In this document: positions 17,572 through 29,200 of the stretch, in pieces | How the letters are laid out: the number at the start of each line of letters is the position of its first letter | Position numbering within the stretch: the stretch's first letter is position 1 | DNA from: a virus | Taxonomy: Duplodnaviria > Heunggongvirae > Uroviricota > Caudoviricetes | Direction: 5' to 3' (one strand) | IMG/VR virus record: IMGVR_UViG_3300021256_000058 | Span: 53,823 to 117,822 of that record | DNA length: 64,000 nt | Program-made: the position numbers and the translations under genes | Notes under the pieces: model-generated | Seen by the model: the letters and a program-made list of their open reading frames with translations, nothing else | Told to the model about the DNA's origin: nothing | Database searches by the model: none

Positions 17572-18783
17572 ATGTTAGATAGAAATAATCTTGTTGCTTT
17601 AATGAAAGCAGCTATCAAAGCTGACCCTTCTGCTCCTGTGGCTTACAGCTTCAATGGACAGAATTACAACTATGACGAACTCAATGAAACTCTTCGTCAA
17701 GAGCTCAATGAGTACGCTGGTACCTACTCACAGTATCGTGAGAATAAGAACCTCATCTTTTCCATTATTGAAGAGACCCTTGATGAAGTTCTTCCTAAGA
17801 AAGTTGTCGAGCAGTACAATCAGTTTGCTGAAGTAAAGACTTTCGCTCAGGGCGATAAGCCAATCTTCCGCAGAAAGCTCGGTTCAAACGCTCGTGCAAA
17901 GCAGTTCATCACCCGTGTTGGTCTTGCTGGTATTTATGAAGCATTCAAGCTGGCTCCTGGTCAGGAAAGCTTCGAAGTACCTACCAGTGCAGTTGGTGGC
18001 GCAGCTTCTATCGGATTCGAAGAGTTCCTTGATGGTCGTGTTGATTTCGCAGAAGTCACTAAGATCGTTATGGAGGGTATCGATGAACTGATCTACAAGG
18101 AAGTTGCTCATGCACTTAAGGCTTCTATCTATCAACTTCCAGTTGCTAACTACGCTGTAGTTAATGGTTTCGATGAGAAGACCATGGATAGACTCCTCAC
18201 TGTTGCTGCTGCATACGGCGAGCCTACTATCTATTGCACATATGAATTTGCTGTAAATATGATCCCACAGGAAGCATGGCGTTATACCGAAGCTATGAAA
18301 GACGAGCTTTGGAGAACTGGTCGTCTTGCTAACTACAAGGGCCATAAGGTTATCATCCTTGAGCAGGGCTTCGAAGATGAAACCAATAGCCGCAAGGTAA
18401 TCGATCCAGGTTATTGCTTCATTATTCCTAATGGTGCTGATAGCAAGCCTGTTAAGATCGCATTTGAGGGTCAGACCATTGTTGATGAATTCAATGGTTG
18501 GGATCGTAGCCGTGAGATTCAGGTTTATAAGAAGGTCGGCGTTGTTGCAATGCTTGCTAACAACATCTGCGCTTATAAGGATACCTCTCTTGCTGGTCAG
18601 ATGAACACTTGGTTCCTCGATGGCGTAAATGGTAAGGTTTATACTTACGATGGACGCTTGAGTGGCCAGGCTGCTGAAGAGCCTTCTCAGGGTACTGAGG
18701 GCGGCAACGAAGGCGGCAATGGTGGTACCGAGGGTGGCAATGGCGGCAACGAAGGCGGTAACACCACTCCAACTAACCCATAA
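17572..18783 (+). CDS. Major capsid protein (403 aa, no TAG) with a Gly/Asn/Glu-rich C-terminal tail
   Basis: Size, synteny and codon bias; followed by a strong terminator. Confidence 0.8.
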   Translation: MLDRNNLVALMKAAIKADPSAPVAYSFNGQNYNYDELNETLRQELNEYAGTYSQYRENKNLIFSIIEETLDEVLPKKVVEQYNQFAEVKTFAQGDKPIFRRKLGSNARAKQFITRVGLAGIYEAFKLAPGQESFEVPTSAVGGAASIGFEEFLDGRVDFAEVTKIVMEGIDELIYKEVAHALKASIYQLPVANYAVVNGFDEKTMDRLLTVAAAYGEPTIYCTYEFAVNMIPQEAWRYTEAMKDELWRTGRLANYKGHKVIILEQGFEDETNSRKVIDPGYCFIIPNGADSKPVKIAFEGQTIVDEFNGWDRSREIQVYKKVGVVAMLANNICAYKDTSLAGQMNTWFLDGVNGKVYTYDGRLSGQAAEEPSQGTEGGNEGGNGGTEGGNGGNEGGNTTPTNP

Positions 18784-18794
18784 TCTGAGTTAGG

Positions 18795-18864
18795 TTGACT
18801 TTATAGTAAAATTTTGATATAATATAGGGGAGAAAGAGGATAAGCTTTTTCTCCCCTATTTTTT
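18795..18864 (+). promoter_or_regulatory. SigmaA-type promoter overlapping the capsid-operon terminator
   Basis: TTGACT(18795-18800)-N17-TATAAT(18818-18823); hairpin ATAGGGGAGAAA/TTTCTCCCCTAT at 18824-18859 plus T tract. Confidence 0.7.
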
Positions 18865-18888
18865 ACTATTGAGATAAAGGAGAACGCA

Positions 18889-19473
18889 ATGGCTGATAAA
18901 ATTGTTAATGTAAAAAACAGAAGTGCAGGCATTGTAGTATACAGAATCCCCGAAGATGGTATTCGTAGAGAGTTTGCGGCTGGTGAAACCAAGCGCATTG
19001 CTTTTTCAGAGTTAGAGAAACTTAGTTATCAATCCGGCGGTTCTGAGCTAATTGCCCAGTACTTACAGGTTCAGAGTGATGAAGCTCTTAATGAGCTAAG
19101 TATTCATAGAGAGCCTGAATATAAATATAGTGAGAAAGATGTTGCTGATCTGATTAGAGGCAGCGACAATATAGACGCATATCTTGATTGTTTGGACTTC
19201 GCTCCAGAGGGAATTATTGATATGATCAAGACTCTCGCTGTGAGACTTCCTATGGAAAATACCCAAAAGAAGAAAGCACTTAAAGATAAGACTGGTTTTG
19301 ATGTAGATGCTGCTCTGCGCAATATTGAGGCAGAACGTGCCGAAGAAGAAGCTAGCAGACAGAAGCCTCAGGTCCAGGCAAATGGACGTAGAGTACAACC
19401 TGTTACTGAGAGTGCTGCAGAAAAAGCTCCAACTAGAAGAACTACACCCAAGTATAACGTAGTCAAGAAATAA
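18889..19473 (+). CDS. Hypothetical head-morphogenesis protein (194 aa, no TAG)
   Basis: ORF track; AAGGAG SD. Confidence 0.7.
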   Translation: MADKIVNVKNRSAGIVVYRIPEDGIRREFAAGETKRIAFSELEKLSYQSGGSELIAQYLQVQSDEALNELSIHREPEYKYSEKDVADLIRGSDNIDAYLDCLDFAPEGIIDMIKTLAVRLPMENTQKKKALKDKTGFDVDAALRNIEAERAEEEASRQKPQVQANGRRVQPVTESAAEKAPTRRTTPKYNVVKK

Positions 19474-19501
19474 TTAAATCAACCAAAAGGAGATTATAAA
19501 T

Positions 19502-20086
19502 ATGGGAACACCTTTTACTGAAGTTTATAATCGCTTTCTTGGAAAAATTACAGATGATATGTATGTGGAACTAACTCCGCAAGATACTATTAGAGATTTG
19601 CGCTCCATGCTTATCGAAGCACTTCCCGGGTTTGAATTCCCAAGGGTGAACTTATACGAGTACACAATCTCTCAAGAAGAAAAACTTGAAGAGTTAGTTG
19701 ATGATGATGATTTTATCATTGGGTTTGTTTGGGATGATGAATTGACTGATGAACCTTCCACAAGTCCTATTGTAGTAGTTGAGAAGTCAGCATTTGCGGC
19801 AACTCTTACCACAGAGGAAGTTAATATCTTAGCTATTTTGATGCTATGTGCTTGGACCTAGAGATAGGTTACATCCATTGAAAACACTCGTATGAAATAT
19901 AGTGGGTCAGATTTTAAAATGACTTCACAAGCTAACCACTTGCAAAAGTTGTTAGGATTGCTCGCTGAGGCGCAGAGACAATCTCACCACATGCAGAGAC
20001 TTTATAAACGCAGAAAGATTACTAAGACAGGCAATTATGAATCTAATTGGGATGTCTTAGGTAAAGGCGTTTATTATGATAGATAA
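19502..20086 (+). CDS. Probable head-tail connector protein (194 aa in code 15)
   Basis: 2 TAG join fragments 19502 and 19892; synteny. Confidence 0.65.
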
Positions 20087-20393
20087 GTATGATGCGAGTT
20101 TTTCACCGGAAGTAATTATCTCCAGTATCATGCGTTTAATCAATTAGATATGGAAGTTAATTCCAATGCGTGAGCATAATGAGAATTGGCAAAAACAACT
20201 GAATAATGTGATAATAGAAACTGCGGGTATGAATGAAATTTTCGTTCAAGACTCGCATTTTTTATAGTTGTTAGCCAATTTAGAAGGGTTATCCGTTAAA
20301 GAGGATCTTGGCTTTGATGCTTTTAGAGCTAAGGTTTTTGAATCAATAAATATTTTATCGGGGTTGAAACATGAATTAGAGCTCATTAAGTGA
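20076..20393 (+). CDS. Hypothetical virion-assembly protein (105 aa in code 15), absent from the ORF track
   Basis: Open frame with 2 TAG and a TGA stop; overlaps both neighbours. Confidence 0.6.
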
Positions 20394-21597
20394 ATTAGAA
20401 ACTCTAAATCCACTAGTGCTCAAGGGGAATAGCGCATTGCGTCTGAACTTTTTCCGCATGATAAACCCGGTCACCGCGCGTGCGGTAGACCGCATGGCAT
20501 CAGATTCAGATTTGAATATTGCGGATAAATCAGATAGTAATGTTCCCACTAATTTATACCCTTCTACTATTCCAGGAGCTATTGATACATAGCATAGGTT
20601 GGATGCTGCTGGTGGATTTACGCAATAGGATCGTATGATTCGAGATAAGCGTCGCACTTTAGATAGAGCTGTGCAATACTCTTATCAAGGTGCTTATGTT
20701 AGAAAATATATTCCAGACACCGAAGAGGTTATGGAGGGGGAACGTGAGTATGCTCCCGTTCGTGCATTAATCAATGCTAATAAGTTAAAAGCTGATTATG
20801 ATGAAAAGATTATATCCATTGGGTATGAGTATCAGTTTGTTTCTGGCGATATTTTTGAATGGTGCAATACTAATACATACTGGTTAATTTATTTGTAGGA
20901 TTTAACTGAGCTTGCTTATTTCAGAGGCCAGATCCGCAGATGTAATTATACGATTGATTGGCTTGATGAAGACGGTAATAAGATTAGTCAAATGTGTGCA
21001 ATCCGTGGACCAGTAGAGACAAAGATTAATTACATTTAGAAGCATCAAATTAGCGTTGATACACCTAACTATTCATTAAACATTTTAATGCCATAGACTC
21101 CAGAGACATTAAAATAGTTTTAGAGATATAGTAAATTTTATTTATAGAATAGTAATATTTGTTGGCGCGTAGAAGCTATTGACTGGATTAGTACTCCTGG
21201 TATTCTTTAGGTTGTTGCTGTTGAATATTATGCTAATGAGACTGAAGACGATATTGCGAATGGTCTTGTAGGAGCATTAAAAGTAGAAGTAATTGACCCG
21301 AATAAAGGTAGAGAAGAAGAACAAGAGTTTCATATTGAAGGCGAAACATTTATTAAACCTAAGAGAAAATATCTGTATAGTGTTGACACAAGCCTTGCAG
21401 GTAATTGGTATGTTGGTAAAAAGAATTTACCTATAAAAATGGAAAAATTTTATGATGGATATGGTAATATTGATAGTCATAAAATTTATATCACTTGGAT
21501 GCAATCTTATAGTGGACAATTTGATCTTTGGTTTGGCGATGCTAATGGGCCTTTGTTTGATTATTAGAAAACTATTGTTATTTAGTCTCTATTTTGA
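20371..21597 (+). CDS. Probable head-closure/neck protein (up to 408 aa in code 15, start uncertain)
   Basis: Continuous frame with more than 10 TAG and no TAA/TGA until 21595; includes track fragment 20635. Confidence 0.65.
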
Positions 21598-21615
21598 GAA
21601 AAAGGAGTGCTGTAA

Positions 21616-22215
21616 TTGAAAATTGTAAATTATCAATTTCCAAAATCTAGTTTTCTTTCTGTTGAGAAAGATATGGCGATTATTACTAACCAAATAATGA
21701 AAAATGATAGGTTAAAAAAATTGTTGCATTATACTTCTAAAGATGCGCTCGATAGAGCACCTTTAACTGAAGATGAAACATTTGCATTATTTGGTAAAAA
21801 TATTAAAAATGTGCCTAAGCTTTATGTGGATGGCAGCGTTTTAAATTATATTATTATTAATTTTGATAATTTTACTCCTTCTGGGAATCCAGAGTTTAGA
21901 GATAATCTTATTGAATTTGATATTATTTGTCATTTTGATCAATGGCCTTTGCGTGATTTTGCATTGAGACCTTATAAAATTGCTGCTGAATTGGATACTA
22001 TGTTTAATAACAGACATCTTACTGGTATTGGTACTTTGCAATTTGTTGGGGCCAATTAGATTTTGTTGACAAATGAGTTTGCTGGATTGTGTTTAATGTA
22101 TCAAGCTACTCATGGGGAAGAAGATAAAAAGAACCCATAGAATATTTCTAATGATGAAGATTTTATTGAAAACTTTAATAAGATTTTTAATATAAGTGAG
22201 GACCTTGAGGATTAA
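21616..22215 (+). CDS. Probable tail terminator/completion protein (199 aa in code 15)
   Basis: TTG start, AAGGAG SD; 2 TAG; synteny. Confidence 0.65.
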
Positions 22216-22940
22216 TGGATCTTCGCCTTGCTTTAATGTGCGGTTCAGTTATTCCAGTTCCGGAATGCGAACTTGTACTGCATTAGCCCTCAATAAAAGA
22301 AATTTCTATGATTGGGGAAAAAGATTTCTTTCTCGGCGCGCAATGTCTTTGCATTAATAAGAGTATGTTTGAGGGCAAAGATGATTTGGCGAATACTACT
22401 AATTTTTAGATATTTATGACGATAATAAGTCATCCGACTGAGATAGAGAAAAAACGTGCTGTATAGTAGGTTTTAACTTTACTCTTTCCTGACTATCGTA
22501 CAATATTTACTCCTCGTAGTATAATTTTTTAGCGTGATGGTGAATAGCCGCACACGCTTGATGAAACAAATTTTGTTCCAGTTCAAGAATTATTTAAATA
22601 GGTTTTTTGCTAGACTACTGGGCCTATGGACTAGTAGGCATTTAATCCTGCGAATAATAAAGCAAGAGAGATTGCACAAAAACTTATGAGGGGTAGGGAG
22701 CGAGTCGCCGCCCAAAAGGGAGACTCAAATGCTAGTATACTTAGTCAGTATATTTCTATGTTGACAATTGGATTATAGTCAATGTCATTATAGGATTTAA
22801 TGGAGCTGACTATGTTCCAGTTGTACGACTTGGTTGAGAGATATCAGCTTTATGTTGCTTGGGATTTAGATATAAAGACTAAGCTGGCTGGCGGAAAACC
22901 AGATTCTCAGCCAGACAATTGGATGAAAAACATTCATTAA
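22215..22940 (+). CDS. Hypothetical tail-assembly protein (241 aa in code 15), absent from the ORF track
   Basis: 12 in-frame TAG, no other stop; start overlaps the upstream TAA. Confidence 0.7.
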
Positions 22941-22966
22941 AAATCTACTAAGGAGGAAACATACTA

Positions 22967-23905
22967 ATGAAATTCGGTGTACGCGAGATTTGCGATGTCG
23001 TTTTAAAGGCAAAGGCTACTCAAGTCATTGGTAATAAGAAGTTCTATAAGAATGAACCTGTTATCTATTTCGATACATTGAAGACCTCCAGCATGGAAGG
23101 TGCAGCTACCACTGTATACGCACAGGGCGGTCGTGGTAACTCTCGTCTGGTCGCTTGGGAAGGTGAGCGTACTGTAACCTTCACAATGGAAGACGCTCTG
23201 ATTTCTCCTGCTGGCTTCATGATCCTTTCTGGTGCTGGCCTGATTGAGGCAAGCGACAGTAAGCCAATTTATGTTCACAGCACTGAACAGCTTGTTCTTA
23301 CTGCTGAGAATGCTTCTATTACAAGTGGCGATAATGGTACTGTTGAAATTACTCTTGGTGAGACTCCTGCTCAGCCAAATGCTAATGAAGACTTTATCTA
23401 TGTTATGGTTCTTGATGGTAATGGTGAAGTTTCTACCGAGCCTTTTATTGCTACTGTAAAAGAGGGCAAGACTATCGAAATTAAGACTGGTACTATCAAC
23501 GGTCGTGCTTATACTGCTGCTGATATTGCTCAGTTCAAGATTGGCTCAGTTGTTCTTGTTGACTTCTATGTTGCACGTAAAGGCAATGCTTCTCAGATCG
23601 AAATTACTGCTGATAAATTCGGTGGCAACTATTATCTTGAGGCTTCTACTCTGTTCCGTGATACCAATGGTGTTGATATGCCTGCAGAGTTCATTATTCC
23701 TAACTGCAAGATTCAGTCCAACTTCACATTCACCATGGCTTCAAGTGGTGATCCTTCAACCTTCACATTTACCATGGACGCATTCCCTGATTATACTCGT
23801 TTCGACCCAACTAAGAAGGTTCTTGCTGCTATTCAGATCGTTGAATCTGAGAGTGATGAAGCTGACGAGATTCGTACTTCCACTGCAGCTGGCGCAGGCG
23901 AATAA
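22967..23905 (+). CDS. Major tail (tube) protein, 312 aa, no TAG
   Basis: AAGGAGG SD; MKFGVREICDV N-terminus; beta-rich; strong codon bias; synteny. Confidence 0.75.
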   Translation: MKFGVREICDVVLKAKATQVIGNKKFYKNEPVIYFDTLKTSSMEGAATTVYAQGGRGNSRLVAWEGERTVTFTMEDALISPAGFMILSGAGLIEASDSKPIYVHSTEQLVLTAENASITSGDNGTVEITLGETPAQPNANEDFIYVMVLDGNGEVSTEPFIATVKEGKTIEIKTGTINGRAYTAADIAQFKIGSVVLVDFYVARKGNASQIEITADKFGGNYYLEASTLFRDTNGVDMPAEFIIPNCKIQSNFTFTMASSGDPSTFTFTMDAFPDYTRFDPTKKVLAAIQIVESESDEADEIRTSTAAGAGE

Positions 23906-23911
23906 TCTAAT

Positions 23912-24133
23912 ATGAGAATACTCAAACACGGTACCCGAGAGGTTACTAAAAAGGCTGAAGAAGTTAAATAGGAGCCTATGAATACAGTAGAGGAGCCTGT
24001 TGTAGAACAGCCTGAAATCTTACCCGAGATCGTGGCGAGTGCGGTTTCTAAGAAGGCTAAAAGAGGACAGAGACGCCATGTTCATCCTATTGATGATGCG
24101 GCTCTGATTGATATTGAAGCTAACGAAGAATAA
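23912..24133 (+). CDS. Small acidic/basic protein (73 aa in code 15)
   Basis: One TAG at codon 20; TAA stop directly before a terminator; no clear SD. Confidence 0.55.
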
Positions 24134-24137
24134 TTTT

Positions 24138-24169
24138 ATAGGGAGAGGGAAACCTCTCCCTATTTTTTT
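24138..24169 (+). terminator. Intrinsic terminator
   Basis: ATAGGGAGAGG-GAAA-CCTCTCCCTAT plus T tract. Confidence 0.85.
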
Positions 24170-24190
24170 ATTTGCGGAAAGGGTGATTTA

Positions 24191-25528
24191 ATGGCAACAT
24201 TAGGTTCAGTTATTTAGATGCCAAAAGGCTATGCTGGCCGTAAGCCATTTTGGGATAACATGTACGGTACCCCTCCTATGCAATATAGTTTATTAAATGA
24301 TGCAGAGCCACCTGACAATGCTGCTATTCAATAGTTCCAAATCTAGAAATTGGAAGAATTGATGAAAATTGAAATCGGTAAACAAGTAGCAAGTCATGGA
24401 TAGGCAGCCGCAGAATTGAATCAGTTATTCCAATCTGGTGAAATTAATAGTGCAGTTGGAAATTATTAGAATGAAGAAAATAAAAAATTAGATGAAGTAA
24501 TTACCAAATGGATGCAGATGTTAAACTGGGGTTATTCTTTTGGTAATAATAATAATAGTAGCTATACTCAAGCTGAGTATGATCGAGTGCAATCTTATTT
24601 AGCTCAAGTGACAGCTATGTTAGAGAATATTATTAAAAATTTAAATGCTGGGTAGAATAAAATTTTAGGTAGTTATTTAACTTAGTTATAGCAATTAATG
24701 CATAAAGCAAATTTTTCTCCCGCAGATATGAAAAGTTGGATTAATCATATGACCCATCTCAAAGGTGATACTGTTGAGCAGATTGGTAGAGAATGGCTGT
24801 AGTAGAAAGGTATCCCTGGGTTAGAAACAATTGTAACTGGTGCAGTAGAATATCGTGGCAGTGGCTATGAACATTAGGGACAATTAATCCAAGACTTGAT
24901 GCTTATTCGTGTAAATAATATAAGTTTATTTGATTCAGTTTCAATTTCTTATAGAATAGCAGGAGATCCAAAAGGAACAATATATACTGTTTCATTAGGA
25001 GAATTTATTAATAAGGTTAATAATATGTCAGGCGACGAAAAACATATTATGTTAACTGATGAAGGATATGAAAATTTAATGCGTTATTCAGCGCTAAATA
25101 TACAAGCTAAAGCTGGTATTAATTAGTTGCCTTGGAACTAGAATAAAAGTACTTCTATTGCTATTAATGATTTTACTTATGAAACAGGCCCAGCTATGAG
25201 TATTGCATCTAAGCATGTATTTTAGTTGTTAAGAACGCTTGATGATGAAGAGCCAGAAGATGTTTGGGTAAAAAATACTAGTAATATTTATCAAGCTATG
25301 GCAAATTATGGATTGGCAACTGCTTTAGGAAAAGTATTACATTTGGAAGCTAATATTGGAAACTAGTATCTATTAACTCCAAGTGGATTCATTTCTTTCC
25401 CAGAAAGAATTAGACAATTATTTAAAGATGAGAAATATAAAGCATATCTTAAAGGATCAATTAAGTTTGGTAAGGGCGTTGACACACTAGGAGAAGCGCA
25501 TCCCGTTACTATTACAAATCATACTTGA
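24191..25528 (+). CDS. Hypothetical protein (445 aa in code 15), possible PD-(D/E)xK nuclease-like fold
   Basis: 15 in-frame TAG; only a 76-aa piece appears in the track; G..VE.IG..WL..KG ... QDL ... NIQAK pattern. Confidence 0.65.
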
Positions 25529-25553
25529 TTTTCCCAAAAAAATATGTTATAAT
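25525..25553 (+). promoter_or_regulatory. SigmaA-type promoter
   Basis: TTGATT-N17-TATAAT with extended TG; the -35 overlaps the upstream TGA stop. Confidence 0.65.
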
Positions 25554-25585
25554 ATATTTATATATGAGTAAAAGGAGATAGACAA

Positions 25586-26110
25586 ATGGCAAAAATTGCT
25601 TATACAAAATTGGCTCTTGCTCCAAAGAAAGATGTTAAAGTGTTTGAATATAATGGTTAGAGTATTGAAGTAATTCAATATTTGCCATTAGATCAAAAGC
25701 TTGATGTATTAACTAAAGTTATTAATAACTCTGGAGACGATCAAGGCTTTTATAATCGTGCTAAAATTGAATTTAATATTATCCTTGAAATGGTATTTGC
25801 ATATACTAATATTACATTTACTGAAAAGCAAAAAGAGAATCGTACTAAACTTTATGATGCTCTTGTTGGTAGTGGCTTTTGGAATTATGTTATGGAAGTA
25901 TTGCCAAAAGACGAATGGGATTGGTTCAATCGCATGACTCTATTTACTATTGATAAAATTTATGAGTACCGTAATTCTGTTTATGGTATTTTAGATGCTA
26001 TGAAAACTGATTATAATGATCTTGATTTAGATGCTACTAAAATTAGAGATGAACTTGCGGATGAAAATAACCTTTCACTAGTCCGCAATGTACTAGAGAA
26101 GTTGGGCTAA
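25586..26110 (+). CDS. Probable tail assembly chaperone (174 aa in code 15)
   Basis: AAGGAG SD; single TAG at codon 25; directly upstream of the tape measure gene. Confidence 0.65.
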
Positions 26111-26167
26111 TTAGAATAATACATCAGTCCTATTTTTAAAATAAAATAGGAATAATCCGAACTCTAT

Positions 26168-26201
26168 AAATGCTGCTAGATTATTCTAGCAGCATTTTTT
26201 T
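26168..26201 (+). terminator. Intrinsic terminator/attenuator just upstream of the tape measure RBS
   Basis: AAATGCTGCTAGA-TTAT-TCTAGCAGCATTT plus T tract. Confidence 0.8.
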
Positions 26202-26232
26202 ATTATATTTGAGAGAAAGGAGCTATGGTGAT

Positions 26233-29200
26233 ATGGCAAAACAATTGAATGTTGATATGCGATTTACCGCAGATACTAGTAATGCTAAAGCGCAATTACA
26301 AGATCTCCAAAGCCAATTAGATAAATTGACAAAAATATCAACATCCACTTCTGGTTTTGGTCTTACAGATAGTATAAAACAAGCTACTATAGCTGCTACA
26401 CAATTAAAAGAGCAGTTGACCGCAGCTACTAATGTTAATACTGGTACATTAGATTTAAGTAAATTTAGTGAATCACTTCGTAAAAGTGGAATGAGCTTGT
26501 CTCAATATGAAACTTAGCTATCTAAATTGGGACCAGAAGGTTCAAAAGCTTTTGCAACTTTAGCTTAGTCAATTGCGACAGCTGAAATACCATTAAAACG
26601 TAGTAATGCAATGTTGAATGAGTTCTTTACTACGTTAAAGAATACTGCTAGATGGCAAATTTCTTCAAGTATTTTACATGGCTTCATGGGAACTTTGTCA
26701 TCAGCACAAAGATACGCTCAAGATTTAAATGAATCTTTAAATAATATTAGAATTGTTACTGGTTAGAGCGTAGACCAAATGTCTCGATTTGCAGCTGAAG
26801 CAAATAAAGCTGCGCGAGAATTAAATACCACTACAACAGCTTATACTGATGCTGCTTTAATTTACTATCAGCAAGGTTTAAATGATGAAGAAGTGGCTGG
26901 TCGTACAGAAGTTACTATTAAATTAGCCAATGCAGCAGGTGAATCTGCGCAAAAAGTTTCAGATCAATTAACTGCTGTTTGGAATAACTTTTATGATGGC
27001 AGTCATTCATTAGAGTATTATGCAGATGTTATGACTGCATTAGGCGCCGCTACTGCATCTAGTACTGATGAAATTTCTGATGGTTTAGAAAAGTTTGCTT
27101 CTGTTGCACAATCTATTGGTTTATCTTATGATTATGCGGCAAGTGCTTTAGCTACTGTTACTGCTACTACTCGTCAAAGCGCCGATGTTGTTGGTACTGC
27201 TTTTAAAACTTTGTTCTCTCGTATTCAAGGTTTAAAGCTTGGTGAAACTTTAGAAGATGGCACTGATTTAAATAAATATTCTGCAGCTTTACAATCCGTT
27301 GGAGTCTCTATTAAAGATGAAAATGGCGAGTTGCGCGATATGGACGTTATTCTTGATGATTTGGGTGAAAAATGGAATTTATTAGCCCGCGATCAAAAAG
27401 TAGCATTAGCGCAAACAGTTGCAGGTGTTCGTCAATATAACCAAATGATGGCCTTAATGGAAAACTGGGATTTCTTTTAGGAAAATCTTTTAGTTGCTCG
27501 TGGGTCAGAAGGTGAATTAACTCGTTAGGCACAAGTATTCGGAGATAGTTGGGAAGCTGCTCGTAAAAGAGTATAGGCTTCTGCTGAAGCTATTTATGGT
27601 GCTTTAATTGATGACGATTTCTTTATTGGCGTAGATAATATGGTATCTGGCTTATTAGATACCGTTAATCGTTTAATAACTGGCTTTGGCGGTTTGCCTG
27701 GTATTATTTCATTACTAGGTGTTACATTAACTACTGTTTTTGGTTCTTAGTTATCTCATAGTATTGATGATATGCTAACCAATATTAAATTAAAAACAGC
27801 ATTAGGCCGTCAAGAATTAATTCAATTAAAAGAAGAAGCTAATAAAAAATTAGTTGACATGACTTAGGATACTAATACTACTTCTGGGAAAATAGCTAGT
27901 ATGGCTTATTAGTCTCAAGGTAGCGCTTAGAGCGCCGTCCTAGAAAAATAGTTAGATCTTAAAGTCCGCATGTCAGCTGAAGAAGAAAAAATTACAGCTT
28001 CATTATTAGAACAACATAATGCTTTAGTCCAAAATACTATAGCAGCAGGAAAAGAATTAGAAGTTCAAGAGCAGTTGTATAATAAAGTAAGTGCAAGAGC
28101 TGCTAAAGAGTTGGAAAAAGGATTAGCTGAACGGCAGGCAGGCTTCCGTGATTTAGAAGCTGCTGGTATTACTGGGTCTTAGAAAATAACTATTGATGTT
28201 ACACCTGGTGCTAATAATGATGCAGTATTTGCTAAATTAAGAGCCGCCTTGGATGAAACAAATAAAGCTGCTGCTGATGCAGGCTAGACATTTAAAGATT
28301 TTGCTAATTTTTAGTATGGCGGGGAAGCCGGCGAATGGATTAATCGCCTTAGAGTTGCTTTATCAAAAACAAATGTTGATGCTGTTGAGGTATAGAGAGC
28401 TTTAAATGCTATTGCCAATGTACAAGGCCCTGACGCTGCAGTAAAAGGATATAATGATGCAATAGCTAGTTTAGATAAATTAAAAAATCAATATGCTCAA
28501 GTTGCAGCCGCCAATAATCAATTTGCGAATGTAAAATTTGATACTAAAGATATAGATAGCTATAGAAATAAAATTGAAGCTATAAAATAGCAATGCAAAG
28601 ATGCTGGAATGTCTTTATCATAGGCTTTTGGTTTAGACGGTGCAAAAGCTTTAGGCGAATTTAGAGCTGCTTTAGATAAAACTGGTTAGGTTACTGAGGC
28701 TGATCTTAATAAATTAAAATCTGCTTTAGGTGCAGCTTTAGACGGTATTAATGCAGATATTGAAACTCAATTTACATAGATTTCTGCTTCTTTAAAATCT
28801 GCTCTTGGAGAAGAAGCTGCAGCTCCTATTATCGAATCTATCCGTTAGGCTTTTGATAATTTAGCAGATTCAGAACGTGTTGTTACTGAAAATTCTGAAG
28901 CATTAAGTAATAGTTAGGCAACTTTAAAATAGTATTTAGCAACTGTTAAGGGAGAAGCTACTACAGTTGGTCAAGCTTTAATTGGACTTGGTACTGCTGC
29001 AGCTAGTTTAGCAAGTATTTTTAATACATTAAAAGGCGTTGTTGATATTTGGAATGATGATGACGCTACTTTAATGCAAAAAATTACTACTTCAATGACA
29101 GCATTAGGCACTGTAACATTTGCCGCATCTAGAGCTTATAGTGCTTTAAATAAAATTAAATTAAAAGATTTAGCTGATACGCCTAAACATGTGGCCTAGT

